This document shows positions 1 through 13,681 of a stretch of DNA of 64,000 nt, one piece after another; within the stretch, counting starts at the first letter, position 1; every line of letters starts with the position of its first letter. The DNA is taken from contig OX597818.1 of NCBI GenBank assembly GCA_951406725.2, forward strand, positions 103,850,001 to 103,914,000, written 5' to 3'. A program made the position numbers and the translations under genes. The notes under the pieces were generated by a model that did no database searches, had not been told where the DNA came from, and worked only from the letters and a program-made list of their open reading frames with translations. Source of the DNA: Octopus vulgaris. Its lineage: Eukaryota.

Positions 1-319
1 ACTAGATACTAAGTTATACCATAGCTAACGTTGTTGCTATGTTAATGTATTTATAATTACATTTTCAGTGTGTTACCCACACAGACATTGTCATTAGTTC
101 GGGTGTCAATGACGAGTCCATATTCATCATTCGGATATAGCTGTAATAAATACTGTCTGCCCGTCAAACGCCTTAATATGAACATTTCCTTTGTAACGGA
201 AACCGTGTTTTTACTAAGCACCAATGAACCATGAGAATCAAAATAAAAGATGGAGAGAATAAATTTACTTTACATACACGTCCCTTGTCATAAAGTGACT
301 TTCACTCACGTAATACAAT

Positions 320-412
320 TATCTTATATATATATAATATACATAATTACATATATATATGTATATACATACATACATATGAATATATCCATATCTATGT
401 ATGCATGTATGC

Positions 413-446
<34 letters not shown>

Positions 447-481
447 ACGCATAATATATATGATTATGGATGTGTGCGTAT

Positions 482-542
<61 letters not shown>

Positions 543-907
543 TCCCTAAATGTCTATATACAGACGAAATCTCATAGTCATACATTTACACATAAACATG
601 TGTGTGCATATGTCTGTGTGTGTGCATGTGTGTGTGTAAATCTCTTTCTGTGTATGTGTATATGTGTGTGTGTGTGGTCATGTATGTGAATTATAAGTGC
701 CCATATTGATTATGTTTGTAATATTCTTATTGTTGTGTATTATTATATTACAGTATTTATGTTGTTTCTATTTCCTTCCATTGATCAAGCAAACATTACT
801 TCGTGTATAATATATGTGCAATATAATATATACAATATATATATATATATATATGTACACACACACGCGCGTGCTCAGCCGTACGCATCCACACACACAG
901 ATACATG

Positions 908-944
<37 letters not shown>

Positions 945-1141
945 TCGTAGATATATGGAAAGCATCATCATGATAAGTTTATGAATAGATAATCCACAAG
1001 GAAATCATATAGTAAATGTTTAATAAACATATATTGAGTCTCAAGTGTTTCCAAATGAAAATAGAAACCATAAATAAAAAATGCATGACTCCCGGCTGCA
1101 TTTACTGAATTTTTCATTTGTATGAGTCTGTGTTTGTGCCC

Positions 1142-1239
<98 letters not shown>

Positions 1240-1257
1240 ACATAAATAAATAAATAA

Positions 1258-1297
<40 letters not shown>

Positions 1298-1350
1298 ACA
1301 TAAATAAATAAATAAATATATATACATACATAAATATATATATATATATG
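320..1350. repeat. Compound (TA)n/(TG)n/(TAAA)n microsatellite field (blocks ~320-690, ~820-945, ~1143-1350)
   Basis: Directly visible dinucleotide runs; they generate the IY/YI-rich ORFs in the track. Confidence 0.95.
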
Positions 1351-1899
1351 CACATGTTGTCATTATACATCTTTATATATGCGGACAAATATCTGGTGCT
1401 ACAAAATTATTAGTGTATTATTTTTATTTCAATTCACAGAATGTTTATTGTTTATTTGGCAAAATACAACGGTTTTCTTTCTGCCATTGTCAACGATGTG
1501 ATTGTAAATTTCACTAGTAATTGAAAGGACTACACATTATCCCGCATAGACGCCCCTGTGCCCCTTGATGTGTTTGCTTTGGATGCCTACAGAATCTAAG
1601 GCGGTTGACGTTGCCAAGCAACACCAAATGTCTCAGAACCTCCCGAAATAATTGTGCATATCAGATGAAAGAGTTATTCACAGGACTTTTAAGAAACATT
1701 TCTTTTCTATGCGTAATCGTGATATAAGTTAGCGGTGGCGATATGTTGATATTGAAAAGTTTTTTTCTTTTATTGAACTAATTTAAGTTTTTTTTTATAG
1801 CGACCATCGCATACACATAAATGCAATTCGTTATTGTCCGCTCGCTTCAGAAATTGATATTTGCTTATAGTTAATTTAGCCTAAACTCTGGATTCACAA

Positions 1900-3250
1900 G
1901 AAACATGGTCACAAGTTACCCAAGAAAGGATGCGCAAATATAGAGCACAGATCAGAGAGGAACAGCGAGAATATATAATAAAAATAGGAACAAGGCAATA
2001 CCGACGGAGATGTGAGGAAATGAATGGAGATGAACGTCATGAATAATTAAAGAAAGCTAAACTATGAAAGCTTTAAAGATGCAAATCATTCTTTCTCTCT
2101 TCGATATGTCCTCTTAATTTTTTCCATTCTGTGGAATTGACACATGTACTACTAGTATATATTAAATACTGAAGAAGAAAGCGATTATCAAATACCTGAA
2201 AATTGTAAATTTCCCTGCGGCAGATTGATATTTGTTCGGAGCCTCTTTCTGCGATAATTAGATCAGAATTGAAAACGTATTGTGGGAAATGCTGTAATGG
2301 CTAAACAGGAATATTTAAACAAGAAATTGGGAAACACTTAGATTACATAGAGAAATGCAATGGAAAACGCTAAATAAATATGATTGCTTAAACAATGCAG
2401 CAGAAATAGAGTGTACTATATAAATAGTAGATGAAGCAGAGAGAGAAAAGAGAATAATTAAAATGTATATGCAAACATAGCTAAGGAAACACATTTGGAG
2501 TGAGAAACAGAAAACTAGAATAATGGATGACGGCTGAATTTTTAGCAAAGAGGGTATAAAATGCGAATTACCTGAGTAAAGATCAAGATAGATAAAATGA
2601 CCTGGAATAATGGCATCTATACTGAATGCGGAAAAGAAAAATGCAAATAGTTTGAAGATCAATGTTGAAAAACTTAATAAACATCAAAAATCCACAGTCA
2701 TTTATGATAAAATAAATGAGATCAGAAACAAGAAATGAGGAAGAGAAGCAGTAACATTAGGGACAAAATATGGGAGCCTTCTGTTTGATCATGAGATCAT
2801 GAAAAGATAACATCTAGACGGGTAGAGAACGTAAAAAAATTGAGCGATGATGACAAAAAAATCAACACCTGTGCTAAGTTTCTAGAATGCTAATGGATCG
2901 ATTATCTGAAAGGAAGAAAGAGAAAAAGCAATAAAGTAAATGACCTGTGGAAAAGCAACTGGAGCAGATAAAATAACAGCAGAGGTATTAAAGCATGAAA
3001 TAGCCACAATCTACATCTAAAAGAGTGGACGCCTACCAACGAAGATGAATCACTCTACTTTGGTTCTATTCACAATGCAATCAAGAACTTTAGACTGAAC
3101 AGAGTTTAGAATGATAATTTTGATCTGTCATTCCATGATGCTACTACAAAATAATCCGTCAAAGTATTACAGCAAGAATAAAGCCTGCAAATAAGTTGTC
3201 GTTTTGTTGTTGTGTTTTTTTTCATTTGTAACGGGAAAGTGAGAAGAAAT
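1900..3250 (+). mobile_element. Heavily decayed RTE-clade LINE remnant (end of APE domain to start of RT)
   Basis: Fragmentary translations in the expected order: FPAAD (~2210), WMTAE (~2523), YDKINEI (~2703), IRDK (~2756), KATGADKITAEVLK (~2952, cf. KAPGxDxIxAE). Many stops and frameshifts; boundaries approximate. Confidence 0.55.
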
Positions 3251-3557
3251 ACAGGGCTAGACCACAGCTATTATCCAAAATTATTACCAACTATATTATA
3301 ATTAATGTCACGAGCCTCACAGACTAAAATTATAGTGTATTCCTCGGCACGAAACACGTGTGCGTTTGCATGTACCAACAATGGTTTAGAGGGATGTGAG
3401 GTCAAGGTTGAGCACATCATGGAAGAATAATGTTAGGATAATTAACTGGACAGTATAGTAGACCCCACTCTAGAATTTGCCTTAAACGATGATTGTTATT
3501 GTCTTGAGTGGCTGGTATTTTATTTTTTAAACTATATATATATATATATATATATAT

Positions 3558-3987
3558 AATAATAATAAATATTAGGGAATAAATCCAAATTTACAGGGAA
3601 AAATCAGATTTAGGATTGAATCCAATTTTATAGTAAAATATTATATAATATTAATTAGAGACAAAACCACTATTTTGCAAATCAAACAAGGAAAGACTTA
3701 ATCAATACATAAAAAATTTTAATATAAAGTAAATAAATCGCCACTACAATTGTTTCCTGTCTTCAAATGACATTCATCAGGTGGACTTCATATCTTCTAT
3801 TCAATTTTAAAGTTATGAAGTCTTCATAACTTTAAAATTGAATAGAAGATATGAAATCCACCTGATGAATGTCATTTGAAGACAGAAAACAATTGTAGTG
3901 GCGATTTATTTACTTTATATTAAAATTTTTTATGTATTGATTAAGTCTTTCCTTGTTTGATTTGCAAAATAGTGGTTTTATCTCTAA

Positions 3988-3994
<7 letters not shown>
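3558..3994 (-). mobile_element. ORF-less Penelope-type terminal-repeat hairpin inserted in (TA)n
   Basis: 173-bp arms 3648-3820 / 3822-3994 with 1-nt spacer and 3 mismatches; unpaired ~90-bp extension 3558-3647; (TA)n on both sides; hammerhead-like motif in the arms. Confidence 0.75.
3741..3784 (-). ncRNA. Minimal type I hammerhead ribozyme motif (mirror copy 3858-3901 on +, with one core substitution)
   Basis: Minus strand reads ccac-CTGATGA-a-tgtc-atttgaa-gaca-g-GAAA-caattg-TA-gtgg: stem I ccac/gtgg, stem II tgtc/gaca, palindromic stem III caattg, GUA cleavage triplet. The stem II closing pair is a non-canonical A.G. Confidence 0.7.
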
Positions 3995-4079
<85 letters not shown>

Positions 4080-4529
4080 CATATATATACATATAAAGTA
4101 TTATATATTTTAAACTAATTGTTCCAAAAATTGAAACGTATTCTGCGTTTTTATCATATAATATATTGACTCTATTTTGCTACTGTTTTAATAGCAGTTT
4201 CTATATTCATTGTAAACAAAAAGATCTAACAGATCAAAAGTAACAACTTCTTTGGCATTAGCATTTCAAATATCCCTCCAAAATAGATTTATTCCCTAGG
4301 AATAATATCAGTTTTGCCTGTTCATATAAGTAGGCTTCACTTTCATTTTATACAAACCTAATTTGCATTGTTTCTAATTATATTACGTATTTTCTTACCT
4401 ACAAGTATTTTACGTTTTGCTCTTTATAATGTACATACGGTAGGAGTCAGAAAATATCAGAAAGATACTGTTCCCTTCATAATTTTAAGATTAACTCTCA
4501 TGGCAATATAGAGGCGTCACTGAGATTTT

Positions 4530-5086
4530 TCAAAAACGCCCCCGGTCTAATGGACGGTGCTGAGTTGTCAAATATTTAAACCAAATTTTCTCAAAACAAG
4601 TTGTCCGACCGTCCCATAGGCCTCCCCTTTGACAAACACAAATTTAACCTAAATTTCAGACCGCCAAAAGAAGAAATAAACATAGACTTTTTTCTATTCC
4701 AAAGAAAAACGATTATATTCACACAAAACGCAAGCGAAGAGTTTAAAGAACCAGTAATGATAAGGCTGTTGACTAGGAGAACAAAAACATGGTTTAAACA
4801 GTAAGCTTTGCAAGGAAAGAAACGTGCCTTTAAACAGTACAAAAACAACAAAAAATGGAAGGTGCAGTTATGTACAGGTTGATGGAAGAAAAGCACTCCA
4901 AAAACGTCTTTATCGATCGCATTCTCACATAGAATCGATTTTTTATAATATTTTAAAGACTTATACACGTCCTGATACCGTCGGTATCTACATATCAAAT
5001 TTGAGCGCAATCGGATGGAGGATGCCCAAGATCCTAGAAGACACACACACACACAGACAGACAAAACGGAATTTATATAACAGATA
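4530..5086 (-). mobile_element. Non-autonomous Helitron-like element (old)
   Basis: Minus strand starts atctgttatataaa, then (GTCT)/(GT) microsatellite and ccgattgcgctcaaattt, like the 5' ends of the clearer Helitrons at 51904 and 53703; the 3' CTAG terminus is not preserved. Confidence 0.45.
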
Positions 5087-5109
5087 AATGATACTACAAA
5101 TAATTATCC

Positions 5110-5270
5110 TTTCTCCTATACATAGGAGGCCTGGAATTTATGGGCGACTGGCGAGTTGATTGTATGTAACGTATTTCTTAACGGCAAGTCATTTTTTCGA
5201 AATAAAAAATGAATGACAGTCAAAGTCAACCTCAGCGGGATTTGAGATCGGAACTTAAAGACGGTTGAAT
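5110..5270 (-). mobile_element. Degraded Meta-domain-type tRNA SINE
   Basis: Reverse complement contains tcaaatcccgctgaggttgactttgactgtcattc, matching the copies at 31697 and 35178. Confidence 0.5.
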
Positions 5271-5786
5271 TGGTACAACTACAAACGCGAGGGCATCGTC
5301 GAAAATAGAAATGTAAAGATCCTATGGGATTTTCTCATTCAGTGCGACCATGAGATAGAGAATAGGAAGCCAGGCATAGTCTTAATTGAGAAAGAAAACA
5401 AAACTATGTTGGATCATAGATATAGCATGCCGAACTGACAACAAGGTATGTGATAAGGAAGAAAGAAAATTTGAGAGATATGACAGATTAGCTTGGGATG
5501 TTAAGCAGTTATGGTCCATGAAAAAGTTAGAAGTAGCAACAATAATTGTCGAAGCTCTGGGAACAGTGAGCAAAAATCTCGAGAAGTACGTGAAACAAAT
5601 AGGGGCCGCAATAAGAGTGGACCATATGCAGAAAATAACAATGCTTGGAACCGCTCGAATACACCGGAAGGTGCTCGAAAAGTAAGAGGTGTTAACTTAG
5701 TTCACTGGCACTGAACAGCTGACATTGTAGTACATCACCAGCGCTGCAAAGGCAATGAGAATAATAATAACAATGATAATAATAAT
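5271..5786 (+). mobile_element. 5'-truncated R4/Dong-type non-LTR retrotransposon (RLE endonuclease, 3' UTR, TAA tail)
   Basis: WYNYKREGIVENRNVKILWDF...RKPGIVL, then ORF 5386-5685 IIDIAC...KEERKFERY...EALG...QK..MLGTARI; ends in a degenerate (TAA)n at 5760-5786. Confidence 0.85.
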
Positions 5787-5787
5787 A

Positions 5788-5870
5788 GGTCATAGTGGCG
5801 AGACCAGCAGATATCGTATTCATCCATAAAATGAAAACGAAGTAAAGATAATAGATGCTGCAATACCAGT
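5788..5870 (+). mobile_element. Short R4/Dong RLE fragment abutting the previous TAA tail
   Basis: Translates VIVARPADIVFIHKMK / VKIIDAAIP (frameshifted), cf. the RPDIV...IID.AIP motif. Confidence 0.55.
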
Positions 5871-6150
5871 ACATGACCTTGCTGGTGGGGCCCGGTTGGA
5901 ATTTTCTTCTGGACGAGTAAGCCATCCCGCTCAAAAGGTCCCTGAATAAGGGTTGTTTAAGGATGTTGAACAAAACATCCATGTTTCCATAAGTAAATTA
6001 TTCAAACCCCAAACAATCCCTCTCAACACATGGCTATGATGCTCCCCCACTACTTCTGCTCGTGATCAGAGATGCACATATCGTCAGTCACTAAGGGACA
6101 TGGTCAACTGGTTAAGGTCAAACAACTGACAAGCAAATATGTATCAGGGC
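5871..6150. mobile_element. Unclassified interspersed repeat interrupting the Dong fragment
   Basis: GC-richer non-coding block with sharp borders between a Dong fragment and a (TTA)n tract; family not identified. Confidence 0.35.
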
Positions 6151-8131
<1,981 letters not shown>

Positions 8132-9456
8132 ATTTATTCATATTATTATTATTATTATTATTACTCTTTTTTCTTCTTTCAAATTTGCTTCCATTTCTTG
8201 CCGAGTGTCTTCCCGACTCCTAGGGCAAAGAAACTCATAGTATACATTGGTAGGCCATTAAACCAAACTCAATAGTTCGTTCATTTTTTTTTTCTTAAGT
8301 TAAATTAAAATACGTGAGCAGCAACAGTTCTCACATCGACAATGCTCTTCTCAATACGTGTGATGTACCAGTTAAGACAATATTTTGCACTTCTTGCACG
8401 GATGGTAAGCCAGGGATCATTCTCATATAATTTTCGGTTCCCTTCTTGATCATTCCTAGTGCTCCTACGATCACTGGTATTGTAACCGCCTTGAGATGCC
8501 ACATTTTCTCAATTTCAATGAGTAGGTCTTTATATTTTCTGAGCTTGTCAAACTCTTTCGCTGAGATATTATAATCACAGGGGATGCTCATGTCGATCAA
8601 TAAGCAAACTTTATTGTTTTGGTCTTTCACAACAATATATGGTTTATTGGCCTTGATGGTTCGGTCTGTATGTATTGGAAAGTCCCACAGAATGGTTACA
8701 TTTTCTCCTTCAGTTACAGCCTCAGGGTGGTGATTATACCACTTGTCGGCAGTTTTGATATTGTAATGCCGACTTATTAGCCAGTGTAGATATTGGCCAA
8801 CTCTGTCATGTCTTAATTTATACTCCACTGGAGCTAAGACTTTACATCCAGAGATAAGGTGGTCCACTGTTTCAATCATGTCGTTGCAGAATCGGCATTT
8901 TGGGTTTGCTCCATTTTTCATCACATTGGCCTGGTAGTTCCGGGTTAATAGGCTTTGATCTTGAGCAGCCAGGATGAAACCTTCGCTCTCTGCTTTTAGC
9001 CCTGAGCTCCGTAGCCACTGATGGGTTTGCTTCTGGTCAACATCAGCTTGTTTGCTGCGGGTCAAATATTTGCCGTGCAGAGGTTTCTCCTCCCACCTAT
9101 CAGCCAATTGCTCGTGCGCTTTTTTCGTTGCCATTATTTTCACCTTCTTTGCAACAATAATTGCCGTACTTCCCTCGGGTTGTTCAGTTTGGGTATCCTG
9201 CACGAGATCAATAGCAAATTTGCTTTCCTTTATGATAGAATGAAGCTTCTTCCGTCTCTCGTGATTTTCCACGAGCTTTAGCATCCAGTCATTCGATATT
9301 TCGAGATATTTGGCCAGTCCAATTGTGGTTGTTTTGTAAGCTAGTTCAAATTGGATCAGGCTTCGACCTCCTTGGGCTCTAGGAAGGTAAAGGCGATCTA
9401 CGTCTGCCTTTGGGTGGTGCATCCTATTACAACTCAGCAGCTTGCGTATTTTCCTA
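8132..9456 (-). mobile_element. 5'-truncated R4/Dong-type LINE (family C), left copy
   Basis: Open frame from ~9455 to 8331: HHPKADVDRLYLPRAQGGR...CRFC...ETVDHLISGC...KPYIVV...IDMSIP...KEFDKLRKY; 3' UTR 8165-8330; TAA tail 8132-8163. Confidence 0.93.
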
Positions 9457-9458
9457 TT

Positions 9459-10486
9459 ATTATTGTTGCAATTATTGTTGCAATTATTGTTGCAAAGAAG
9501 GTGAAAATAATGGCAACGAAAACAGCGCACGAGCAATTGGCTGATAGGTGGGAGGAGAAACCTCTGCACGGCAAATATGTGGCCCGCAGCAAACAAGTTG
9601 ATGTTGACCAGAAGCAAACCCATCAGTGGCTACGGAGCTCAGGGCTAAAAGCAGAGAGCGAAGGTTTCATCCTGGCTGCTCAAGATCAAAGCCTATTAAC
9701 CCGGAACTACCAGGCCAATGTGATGAAAAATGGAGCAAACCCAAAATGCCGATTCTGTAACGGAATGATTGAAGCAGTGGGCCACCTAATCTCTGGATGT
9801 AAAGTCTTAGCTCCAGTGGAGTATAAATTAAGACATGACAGAGTTGGCCAATATCTACACTGGCTAATAAGTCGGCATCAAAACTGCCGAAAAGTGGTAT
9901 AATCACCACCCTGAAGCTGTAACTGAAGGAGAAAATGTAACCATTCTGTGGGACTTTCCAATACATACGGACCGAACCATCAAGGCCAATAAACCAGATA
10001 TTGTTGTGAAAGACCAAAACAATAAAGTTTGCTTATTGATCGACATGAACATTCCCTGTGATCATAATATCTCGGCGAAAGAGTTTGACAAGCTCAGAAA
10101 ATATAAAGACCTACTCATTGAAATTGAGAAAATGTGGCATCTCAAGGCGGTTACAATACCAGTGATCGTAGGAGCACTAGGAATGATCAAGAAGGGAACC
10201 GAAAATTATATGAGAATGATCCCTGGCTTACCATCCGTGCAAGAAGTGCAAAATATTGTCTTAACTGGTACATCACACGTATTGAGAAGAGCATTGTCGA
10301 TGTGAGAACTATTACTACCCATGTATTTTAATTTAACTTAAAAAAAATGAACGAACTAGTGAGTTTAGTTTAATGGCCTACCAATGTATACTATGAGTTT
10401 CTTTGCCGTAGGAGTCGGGAAGACACTCGGCAAGAAATGGAAGCAAATTTGAAAGAAGAAAAAAAGATAATAATAATAATAATAAT

Positions 10487-10570
<84 letters not shown>

Positions 10571-10596
10571 TATATTAATAATAATGATAATAATAA

Positions 10597-10597
<1 letters not shown>
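9459..10597 (+). mobile_element. 5'-truncated R4/Dong-type LINE (family C), right copy, inverted relative to the left copy
   Basis: ~97% identical to the reverse complement of 8165-9162; 8-bp deletion near 9878 splits the ORF; stop at 10305; 3' UTR to ~10466; (TAA)n to 10597, then (TAG)n. Confidence 0.93.
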
Positions 10598-10636
<39 letters not shown>

Positions 10637-11169
10637 CCGCATCTTCGTACTAAATGTTGAGTCAAATTAGCATCCGATGAATAAAATTTATTCAGGCTAT
10701 TAGCGATTTCAAAATGATGCTTCCTTAACCTTGTGTACTTTCAATAGATCGACTATTTTGACCAGTTTAGAATCTATAATCGATTCCAATATTGTCTGAT
10801 GAAATTTAAATCGTCTACTCTCAGTGAGATATTCTAATAGTTGCTATGTATGATAATGTTCTATAGATAACCTAATGGCTAATATTCTTATTTACTTTGA
10901 AATGACAGTTAAAATCAAATGTTTTTATATTATTTTATAGCTTAGCTATAATCCGTCAATATAAAAAATGTATAATGTAAAAGTATGTTTGAACACTTGA
11001 TAATGATGCCATTAGTTTGTGTATGATATATTTCCATATAAAATACACAAGTCAGTACCAAGCCAAAGTGCCAGTGTACTGCATGCTATCGTTTGATGGC
11101 GTCGGGCTAATACCAAGCTCCAGAGCCAATCGCTACACTATATATATACATACATAATTTTATACATAC

Positions 11170-11245
<76 letters not shown>

Positions 11246-11246
11246 G

Positions 11247-11290
<44 letters not shown>

Positions 11291-11425
11291 ATATATTACA
11301 ATTATTCAGTAGCCAAGATAAAACTCCGAGTTTCGGATGGCGAGGGGGAAATCCACGCCATCATCTCTTGAGTTATTCGGCCATCGGAAAAACGCTATCT
11401 ATTTATCTATCTATCTATCTATCTA

Positions 11426-11496
<71 letters not shown>

Positions 11497-11501
<5 letters not shown>

Positions 11502-11973
11502 GTTTAAATATTTGTTGTGCAAGATTTTTTATGTGAAGTCGTGTGTTGAAACAGATATTGTTGTATTTAGGAATGGTCATTTTGCCAGTTTAGCCAATAA
11601 AAACACACGCACTATATATTTGGTGTTACTTTGCTTCAGTGTTATTTATTTTTTACATTAATCTTAATCTTATTTCGGCCAGAGTTCTTTCGTCACACTC
11701 CTGTGACCGCATCAGTGGTCCTTTGTTTTCTTCTTACGTATTTGTGTCTCTCCTTAAAAATGGCTGATGGTTAGTAAGGAGAGGCACAAATAAGTAAGAA
11801 GAAAACAAAGGACCACTGATGCGGTCACAGGAGTGTGACGAAAGAACTCTGGCCGAAATAAGATTAAGATTAATGTAAAAATAAATAACACTGAAGCAAA
11901 GTAACACCAAATATATAGTGCGTGTGTTTTTATTGGCTAAACTGGCAAAATGACCATTCCTAAATACAACAAT
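11497..11973 (-). mobile_element. ORF-less Penelope-type terminal-repeat hairpin inserted in (TA)n
   Basis: ~200-bp arms 11557-11756 / 11775-11973, 18-nt spacer, few differences; unpaired extension 11497-11556; (TA)n on both sides; hammerhead-like motif in the arms. Confidence 0.72.
11810..11854 (+). ncRNA. Variant hammerhead-like motif (identical mirror copy 11677-11721 on -)
   Basis: ggacca-CTGATGCG-gtcac-aggagt-gtgac-GAAA-gaac-TC-tggcc; the topology fits a minimal type I hammerhead but the core reads CUGAUGCG instead of CUGAUGA. Confidence 0.5.
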
Positions 11974-12000
11974 GTATATATATATATATATATATATAAG

Positions 12001-12054
<54 letters not shown>

Positions 12055-12062
12055 TATATGTA

Positions 12063-12136
<74 letters not shown>

Positions 12137-12216
12137 CATATATGTATAAGTATATATATATATATAAGTATATGTATATATATATATATATATGTATATA
12201 TTTATATATACATATA

Positions 12217-13271
12217 CTAGCAGAGATACCCGGCGTTGCACGGATACATTGAATTGATAAATTAGACTTTTCTTTTATATTTTCAGAATGAACTGCAATA
12301 TCTATGTTTCGAATTTCATCAAAATTGCAGATGAGGGTTATTTACCTTCTTTACACACCCTAAAAAAATTGTAATCGTGCCATATGGAAACCAAACTATG
12401 AATGATCACAATAAGCAGTCAGTTACCCTACCCTAGTCGTTGCCACTCCCAATGTAGGATTCCTCACCATCCAGGTGACAGGCATAGCCGTAAGATGCAT
12501 TACAAATCTATAGCAATTTGAAGGGCGTGACCCAACTGCATTCAACATTAACAACTGTGTGACGTGAGGGCTTAGGAGAAATTAAAGTGTCACCTCTGGA
12601 GTTTGCAAATGGTCACTATACTAATACGTAACTGGACAGAATGAATTTAAAATCTATAAACGTCTTTGAATAACCAGTCACTGATCTGGGAAGGCCTTGT
12701 AATCAATGTTACCATCTGGGGACTATGTGTGACCGAGTGATAATAAAAAGACAGAAAGAAGGTCTGCAATCAAATAACTTAACGCAACACTTTGCAACTG
12801 AATCAGTGGAGACAAAGATGCCTCTCATTTACTTAATTTATGCACCACATTGCAGAAATCACAATGTAAGTGTATGTCAAAGCAAACTGTTACATTGTTG
12901 TACCATTGAATCAGAAATAATGCTCAATTTTTATGCCGGGTAACCCTACAGCTTCCAAAAGCACAACTGTATTCGTGTTTGCTTAGATAAAATGACAAAA
13001 TTGTGGATGTTAAGTCCCCATGGAGGGGTCTTCCTAACTTTGTAAGAAGATGAAATTTTATAAACATTACTTCATTTTTGTCTAATATCTATGGTTAAAA
13101 TTTCATGAACAGCAAAAGTATATGAATTGTCATGGGGGTTATGGCCCTTATGCTTAGAACATAATTTCCAAATTTCATAAAGATCCATTCAGTACATTTG
13201 ACCTAGTTTTAGATCATAAAAGAAATGACTAAAATTTGGGAGTTAAGGCTCCCATGAGGGTGTTATATATA

Positions 13272-13359
<88 letters not shown>

Positions 13360-13490
13360 TAGATAGATAAATAGATAGATAGATAGATAGATAGATATAT
13401 ACACACACACACAAAGATAAATTGATAGATACAACTGAGTGGGCAAGCAAAAATATGAGACACAGCCTAGTGCTTTTTTATGTTGATAAG
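12217..13490 (-). mobile_element. Non-autonomous Helitron
   Basis: Minus-strand 3' terminus ccgtgcaacgccggg hairpin + tatctctgCTAG|T at 12217; aaatttcat...gatcc subterminal motifs; internal (TA)(GA)(GATA) microsatellite; 5' end (~13490) degraded and approximate. Confidence 0.65.
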
Positions 13491-13681
13491 CCTAGTACTT
13501 ATTCTATTAGTTTGTTCTTGTGAAACCAGTAAGTTTTGTGGGTGTAAATAAATGAACAGTAGTTATGAAGCAGTGATGAGGGCGAAACACAGACACAAAG
13601 ACACACACATACACTTACATATATACATATATATATATACGATTGATTTGTTTCAGTTCCTGTCTACGAAATCCATATATA

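Noticed and set aside
250-1388. Many IY/YI, CV/HT and poly-L/N/I ORFs here and throughout the window
   Set aside because: Translations of (TA)n, (TG)n and (TAA)n microsatellites that lack stop codons in some frames; no coding signal.
8331-9623. 430-aa ORF (and 9351-9902 on +) as a novel fusion protein
   Set aside because: The N-terminal ~56 aa are the antisense read of the opposite LINE arm plus the 12-mer junction repeat; the rest is a truncated Dong ORF.
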